From: Candidatus Krumholzibacteriia bacterium
GTDB taxonomy: Bacteria > Krumholzibacteriota > Krumholzibacteriia > WVZY01
NCBI GenBank assembly: GCA_036478295.1
Contig: JAZGDW010000099.1
Coordinates: forward strand, 1-22,073
DNA: 22,073 bases
Reading direction: 5' to 3'
Shown piece by piece: positions 17,158-22,073 of the stretch. Each line of letters starts with the position of its first letter. Positions within the stretch are counted from its first letter, which is position 1. Both the position numbers and the translations under genes were made by a program. The notes beneath the pieces were generated by a model that saw nothing but the letters and a program-made list of their open reading frames with translations, did no database searches and was not told the origin of the DNA.

Positions 17158-17310
17158 GGTTGCGTCATCGTGCCTATCGCTCTCACGATGATAGCTTCAC
17201 CGGGGTAACGGTGGGGTGTAAGGGTGGTTAGTGTGTGAGGTAGATGACAGGCCTGTCCCAGTGATGATGATGGAGGTGAAGATATCGGGCGAGAGCGCCC
17301 GGTACGAGTT

Positions 17311-17505
17311 ATGGAGCCAAAAGATTTCACGGAATGTCTGAAGTGTAAGAACGGCGTGCTGCTGCCCTTGTCGGATTACGGTCGTGACGGCGCAACGATC
17401 ATGTACAAGGCGTGGGTGTGCAACAATCCGACGTGCGGGTTCAATATCCGGATTGACAACGGAGAGATAAGTCTGGGGAGGGACATCAGCACTTCGGTGA
17501 AATAG
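17311..17505 (+). CDS. Small Cys4 zinc-ribbon-like hypothetical protein (64 aa)
   Basis: CLKC...WVCNNPTC gives a CxxC / CxxxxC pair with LLPLSDYG and YKAWVC between them. It fills an otherwise empty gap, has its own promoter, and stops 1 nt before the convergent gene's stop. Confidence 0.8.
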   Translation: MEPKDFTECLKCKNGVLLPLSDYGRDGATIMYKAWVCNNPTCGFNIRIDNGEISLGRDISTSVK

Positions 17506-17506
17506 T

Positions 17507-18355
17507 TCATTGCTGTTGGTTCGACGTTTGAACGGGAGTTTCCAGCGAGATGGAAGCTCCCGTTTTTATTTCCTTCAATAGCAGACCGACGGCGACGACG
17601 GCGACCGGTAGCATCCACCATTCGCGCACGTAGAACGGCGCCGTTTCCAAAGATTCCTCCGACAGCAGGGCCAATTGCAGGAACGCCACCGCGTTCAAAA
17701 CCCCGTGCGACAGTATCGAGTAGCTCAGGCTGGAGGTGACGTGGAACAGGATGCCCAGAAAAATGCCGAAGCACACCAGGCCGGCAAGCAGCTGGGGATT
17801 GAGGTGTATCACCCCAAAAAACACACCGGCCAGTACGACGGCGAAGCTGCCTCTCATGTTTCTGCTGAAGATTTCCTGAATCATCCCGCGGAAGACTATT
17901 TCTTCCGCCACCGGCACCACGAGACACAGGCCAAGGAACGTGACTACGGCCGCAGCTACCGATGTTGGCCTGTACCGTTCCAGGGCCTCGATGTAGGTCT
18001 CCGGTGGGGGCATGAAATGCTGGCTGATCACGTACAAGTGGGACACGATGACGACCATCGCCAGCGTCGCCAGCACGACGTAGATGGAGATCCTCACGCG
18101 CGGGCGGGTAATGTGAAACTGTTTCATCAGGCCGGAAGGAAATCGCCTGGCCAAGAGAAAGACGGGAAGCAGTATGCCGAGCGCGGGCGCGACGCCGATG
18201 GCGAGTCGGAACTGACCGAGCATGATAAGAAGTTCCTGGATGAAGAGGCTACTGAGGATGCAGCTCAGACTGAAGAAAAGCAGGAAGTAATGGTTGAAGA
18301 ATGCGAACATGTCCGGTGATGTCAGATGACTGTTGCGCTCGGGCGTTTCTTCCAT
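17507..18355 (-). CDS. CPBP family intramembrane glutamic endopeptidase (CAAX protease/Abi family)
   Basis: Motifs PVAEEIVFRG (EExxxR), FGVIH (FxxxH) and HGVLN (HxxxN); multiple TM helices. I placed the start at ATG 18355, with GGAG 8 nt upstream, rather than at 18466. Confidence 0.9.
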   Translation of the reverse strand: MEETPERNSHLTSPDMFAFFNHYFLLFFSLSCILSSLFIQELLIMLGQFRLAIGVAPALGILLPVFLLARRFPSGLMKQFHITRPRVRISIYVVLATLAMVVIVSHLYVISQHFMPPPETYIEALERYRPTSVAAAVVTFLGLCLVVPVAEEIVFRGMIQEIFSRNMRGSFAVVLAGVFFGVIHLNPQLLAGLVCFGIFLGILFHVTSSLSYSILSHGVLNAVAFLQLALLSEESLETAPFYVREWWMLPVAVVAVGLLLKEIKTGASISLETPVQTSNQQQ

Positions 18356-18483
18356 TAATCTATCTCCGTTGTCGCCGAAGGCGAATCGTGTCCGATTATG
18401 GGACAAGGGGTGTTGTGCCGCGAACAGAGTGACTCCCTCCCATGATAAATCAGAAACGACCGGCATCCAATCACAAGTTCATT

Positions 18484-19167
18484 ATGATCAAAGTCGTCAT
18501 CTTCGATCTGGATAACACGCTCACCGATTTCATGAGGATGAAGGAGCGCGCCGTTGACGCCGCGGTGGACGCGATGGTCGACGCCGGCCTGCGTCTGCCC
18601 ACCAAGACCATCAAGGCAAAAATCTACGAGGTCTACGAGGCCAAGGGCATCGAATTCCAGGGAGTGTTCGACCAGGTGCTCGTCGAACTCCTCGGCGAGA
18701 TTAACCACAAGGTGTTGGCGGCGGGGGTCGTGGCGTACCGCAGGGCCAAAGAGGCGGCGCTGGTGCTGTACCCGCACGTGCGTGTGACCCTTTTCGAGCT
18801 GATCAAACGGGGTATCCGGCTCGCCGTTATATCGGACGCACCGCGCAAAGAGGGCTGGCTGCGCCTGTGCTACCTGCAGCTCCACCATATGTTCGACAAG
18901 GTCATCACCTTCGAGGATACCGGCGAGCGCAAGCCGAGTCCGGTGCCTTTCCAGCGCGTGCTGGAACATTTCTCGATCGAGCCCTCCGAGGCGCTCATGG
19001 TTGGGGACTGGCCGGAGCGCGATATCCGGGGGGCGGCGCAAGTCGGCATCAACACCGTGTTTGCCCGCTATGGTGACACGTCGGGGGCGATCGACAGCGG
19101 TGCCAGATACGAGATCAGCGATATCATCGAGCTCGTTGAGATTGTTGACAACCACAACAGGCAGTAG
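18484..19167 (+). CDS. HAD-superfamily subfamily IA hydrolase (phosphatase)
   Basis: Motif I MIKVVIFDLDNTL, motif II VISD, motif III KP (GERKPSP), motif IV VGDWPERDIRGA. I placed the start at ATG 18484, just before motif I; the ORF track gives 18442. Confidence 0.92.
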   Translation: MIKVVIFDLDNTLTDFMRMKERAVDAAVDAMVDAGLRLPTKTIKAKIYEVYEAKGIEFQGVFDQVLVELLGEINHKVLAAGVVAYRRAKEAALVLYPHVRVTLFELIKRGIRLAVISDAPRKEGWLRLCYLQLHHMFDKVITFEDTGERKPSPVPFQRVLEHFSIEPSEALMVGDWPERDIRGAAQVGINTVFARYGDTSGAIDSGARYEISDIIELVEIVDNHNRQ

Positions 19168-19209
19168 CGTCGGGGTCGTGGGGAAAGGACAGAAAGGGAA
19201 GCGAATGTA

Positions 19210-20808
19210 ATGGACGTGCTGACCGGCGAACGGATGAAAAAGGTCGACGAGGAGACCATCGCGCGTTTCTGCCCGGGTCTCGAGCTGATGGAACGCGCCG
19301 GCCGCCAGGTGGCAGAGTTTATCCTCGATCGTTTTCCGGAAAAGGGGTTCAAGGCGGCGATCTTTGTCGGGCCGGGCAACAACGGTGGAGACGCGCTGGT
19401 GGTAGCCAGGCGGCTGAATGAAGACGGACGGGCGTGCTCGGTTCACTACCTGTCGTCGCCGGAGCGGTTCACGATGGACGCGCTCAAGAACTATCAGCGA
19501 CTGCAGCGGCGTCTGAAAAGCAGCAAATCACTCAAGGAAATCAACTCTACGCGAACGGACTGGTCGAACATTCTCAAGAAAGACCTGATGAACGCGACGC
19601 TCATCGTGGACGGTCTGTTCGGGACGGGACTGGCACGCGATCTGGAAGGCCGCGCAGCGGACGTCGTGCGGCTGATCAACGAGCGCCGGCTGCCCGTCGT
19701 GAGTATCGATACACCATCGGGCATCCATAGTGATACCGGTGAGGTGCTGGGCAGCGCCGTTCGGGCGCATTTCACGGTTACCATGGGGTATCCCAAGCTC
19801 GGCATGCTCTTCCACCCCGCGCGGCAGCGCGTAGGCGAACTGGTCGTCGCCGATCTGGGCTTTCCAGAAGAGGTACTCCAGGTGCACTCGCTCGGCGTCC
19901 ACCTGCTGGACCGAGCCGAAGCGGTGCAGCGCATCGTTCCCAGAGATCCCGCTGCGCACAAGTACGGGGTGGGCACCGTGCTCCTGGTGGCGGGGAGCCG
20001 GGCGTACACCGGGGCCGCCATGCTGGCCGCGGAAGCGGCGCTGAGAAGCGGTTGCGGCATGGTGTTCGTCGCGGTTCCGGAGAGCATCCGTCCCGTGGTT
20101 CAAACCCGCGTGCGTGAGGTGATCGTTATTGCCCTTCCCGAGACGGCGGAGGGTACTATCGCCCCTGGTGCGCTCTCCGTCCTGCAGGACCCTATCTCGG
20201 CCTGCGACGTTATCGCGCTGGGACCGGGCCTGGGGCGCCACGCGGAAACCAGTGACTTTGTCAAAAACCTCGTCGCGGAGAGTGGGAAGCCGTTGATCGT
20301 AGACGCGGACGGCATCAACGCGTTCGCCGGTGAGCCGGAACTCCTGGAGGGGCTGCGGGTGCCCACCGTCCTGACCCCCCACAGCGGTGAACTGCAGAGG
20401 CTTGTCGGCCGGGACGTGCCCACCGACCCCCTCGACAAAGTGGAGACGACTCGCGGCATTGCCAAAAAATTAGGAGTTACGCTGGTACACAAGGGCGCCC
20501 CCACGCTGGTCGCCTCCCCGGACGGCGACGTGTGGATCAACCACGTGGGAAACTCCGCGCTGGCAACGGCGGGAACCGGAGACGTCTTGACCGGCATGGT
20601 GGCCGGCCTGCAGGCCCAGGGGGCGACGGGGCTCGCGGCGGCGCTGGTGGCGTGTTATCTGCACGGTCGCGCCGGTGTGCGCGCGTCGTCGGCGCTGGGC
20701 GTTCGCGGGGTCATCGCGGGCGATCTCCTGCGCTTTGTGGGTGGGGCCATGCGTGAGCTGGAGAATATCATGCCCGACCCGCCGGAATCGCCGGTTCCGA
20801 GAGTGTAG
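19210..20808 (+). CDS. nnr: Bifunctional NAD(P)H-hydrate epimerase / ADP-dependent dehydratase (YjeF)
   Basis: YjeF_N motifs LMERAG, GPGNNGGD, VDGLFGTG, SIDTPSG. Dehydratase motifs HKYGVG, GAAMLAAEAALRSGCG, GPGLG, DADG, LTPHSGEL, KGAPT, LATAGTGDVLTG. Confidence 0.95.
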   Translation: MDVLTGERMKKVDEETIARFCPGLELMERAGRQVAEFILDRFPEKGFKAAIFVGPGNNGGDALVVARRLNEDGRACSVHYLSSPERFTMDALKNYQRLQRRLKSSKSLKEINSTRTDWSNILKKDLMNATLIVDGLFGTGLARDLEGRAADVVRLINERRLPVVSIDTPSGIHSDTGEVLGSAVRAHFTVTMGYPKLGMLFHPARQRVGELVVADLGFPEEVLQVHSLGVHLLDRAEAVQRIVPRDPAAHKYGVGTVLLVAGSRAYTGAAMLAAEAALRSGCGMVFVAVPESIRPVVQTRVREVIVIALPETAEGTIAPGALSVLQDPISACDVIALGPGLGRHAETSDFVKNLVAESGKPLIVDADGINAFAGEPELLEGLRVPTVLTPHSGELQRLVGRDVPTDPLDKVETTRGIAKKLGVTLVHKGAPTLVASPDGDVWINHVGNSALATAGTGDVLTGMVAGLQAQGATGLAAALVACYLHGRAGVRASSALGVRGVIAGDLLRFVGGAMRELENIMPDPPESPVPRV

Positions 20809-20837
20809 TTGACAGGACGGCGGCATTCGGTTACAAG
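20809..20837 (+). promoter_or_regulatory. Candidate sigma70 promoter for glnA
   Basis: TTGACA (20809-20814) directly after the nnr stop, 17-bp spacer, TACAAG (4/6 match, missing the conserved final T). Confidence 0.4.
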
Positions 20838-20917
20838 GTATGGGTTAATCCGCTCAACCCCGTGTCCAAAGTTGGAAACCCACACGCTCCTGCCAGGGGA
20901 GGATGGTGCGCTTAGGT

Positions 20918-22073
20918 ATGAAGACAAGAACTCCCCAGGGCCTGATAGAATACGCAAAAGAACAAAAAGCCCTGGTGCTCGACTTGAAATTCCTCGATTT
21001 TCCCGGCACTTGGCAGCACTTCAGTGTCCCCATAAAGTCCCTGGACGAAGCGTCCTTCGAAGAGGGCTTCGGATTCGACGGGTCGAGCATCCGCGGCTGG
21101 CGCAACATCAATGAGAGCGACATGCTGGTGATCCCCGATGCGAACACGGCATTCATGGATCCTTTTTCCAAGCAGCCGACGCTGAGTCTCATTTGCGACG
21201 TGTTCGACCCGATTACCAAGGAACGTTACAGCCGGGATCCGCGCGGGGTCTCGGCCCGCGCCGAGAACTACCTCAAGAGTACCGGCATCGCGGACACGGC
21301 GAGTTTCGGTCCGGAGGCGGAGTTCTTCATCTTCGACGACGTGCGGTTCGATCAAAAACCGAACATGGGCTTCTATTATCTGGACTCGGTGGAGGGCAGC
21401 TGGAACTCGGGGCGCGAGGAAAAGCCGAATCTCGCGTACAAGCCCCGTTATAAGGAGGGGTATTTCCCGGTACCACCGACGGATTCATTCCAGGATCTCC
21501 GGACCGAGATGATGCTCACCCTGATAGATCTGGGATGCGAGGTGGAAACCCAACACCACGAAGTGGCAACCGCTGGACAGGCGGAGCTCGACCTCAAGTT
21601 CGACACGCTCGTACGAATGGGTGACAAGCTCATGACGTACAAGTATGTGGTGCGGAACATCGCCAGGAAATACGGCAAGACGGTGACCTTTATGCCCAAG
21701 CCGGTTTACAACGACAACGGTTCGGGCATGCACGTGCACCAGAGCCTGTGGAAAAACGGCAAGCCGTTGTTCGCGGGTAACGCCTACGCGGGGCTGAGCG
21801 AGATGGCGCTGTACTACATTGGCGGCATCCTCAAGCACGCTCCGGCGCTTCTTGCCTTCACGAACCCGACCACCAATTCATACAAACGCCTGGTACCTGG
21901 ATTCGAGGCCCCGGTCAACCTCGCGTACTCACAGCGCAACCGGAGCGCCGCGATTCGCATTCCCATGTACTCACCGTCGCCGAGCGCCAAGCGCATCGAG
22001 TTCCGTTGCCCGGATCCGACGTGCAACCCGTACCTTGCTTTTTCCGCGATGCTCATGGCAGGTGTCGACGGTA
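20918..22073 (+). CDS. glnA: Type I glutamine synthetase (GSI-beta), 3'-truncated by the window end
   Basis: Absent from the ORF track because no stop falls in the window. Translated by hand: [34 protein letters not shown]...FDGSSIRGW...ESDM...[11 protein letters not shown]...KEGYFPVPP...HHEVATAGQ...[18 protein letters not shown]...[13 protein letters not shown]...NRSAAIRIP...[17 protein letters not shown]. Alternative in-frame starts: ATG 20903, GTG 20906. Confidence 0.97.
   Translation, partial: MKTRTPQGLIEYAKEQKALVLDLKFLDFPGTWQHFSVPIKSLDEASFEEGFGFDGSSIRGWRNINESDMLVIPDANTAFMDPFSKQPTLSLICDVFDPITKERYSRDPRGVSARAENYLKSTGIADTASFGPEAEFFIFDDVRFDQKPNMGFYYLDSVEGSWNSGREEKPNLAYKPRYKEGYFPVPPTDSFQDLRTEMMLTLIDLGCEVETQHHEVATAGQAELDLKFDTLVRMGDKLMTYKYVVRNIARKYGKTVTFMPKPVYNDNGSGMHVHQSLWKNGKPLFAGNAYAGLSEMALYYIGGILKHAPALLAFTNPTTNSYKRLVPGFEAPVNLAYSQRNRSAAIRIPMYSPSPSAKRIEFRCPDPTCNPYLAFSAMLMAGVDG

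Noticed and set aside
17245..17258. TGACAG-GC-CTGTCC as another copy of the array palindrome
   Set aside because: The spacer is 2 bp instead of 4 and one arm mismatches, so it cannot be equated with TGACAG-N4-CTGTCA without more examples.
565..20382. Long antisense or alternate-frame ORFs (565-1704, 7740-9002, 12648-14132, 15830-17020, 18355-19446, 19528-20382 and similar)
   Set aside because: They lie almost entirely opposite well-supported genes, have no recognisable motifs, and are the expected shadow ORFs of GC-rich coding DNA.
20821..20835. Sigma54 promoter for glnA (CGGCATTCGGTTACA)
   Set aside because: The GG is not followed by GC at the required N10 spacing.
20838..20917. Glutamine riboswitch (glnA motif) in the glnA leader
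   Set aside because: Only two weak 5-bp stems (GGGTT/AACCC and TCCAA/TTGGA), with no resemblance I can support to the known motif.

Overview
A GC-rich bacterial chromosomal segment. A C-terminal FlgD-Ig/T9SS-type 'NYPNPFNP' domain and several Bacteroidetes-like gene families suggest the FCB group (Krumholzibacteriota/Latescibacterota-like); this is inference. Genes in order: a 5'-truncated, very large NtrY-class membrane histidine kinase (+); a secreted 14-repeat LVIVD protein with a FlgD-Ig C-terminal domain (-); a CstA-family transporter (-); a four-gene envelope operon of DUF4159, a DUF4175-like coiled-coil protein, a TPR protein and an exported GATase-like protein (+); a 64-aa Cys4 zinc-ribbon protein with a structured leader (+); a CPBP/CAAX protease (-); a HAD hydrolase, nnr and a 3'-truncated glnA that the ORF track missed (+). 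The most unexplained stretch is the roughly 400-bp gap between the LVIVD gene and cstA. It holds a 205-bp nested inverted-repeat element (perfect 16-, 22- and 10-bp arms), an extended -10 whose predicted start site falls at the edge of that element, and four tandem TGACAG-N4-CTGTCA palindromes that place TGWCA every 11 bp eight times. I found no tRNA, rRNA, CRISPR array or transposase.
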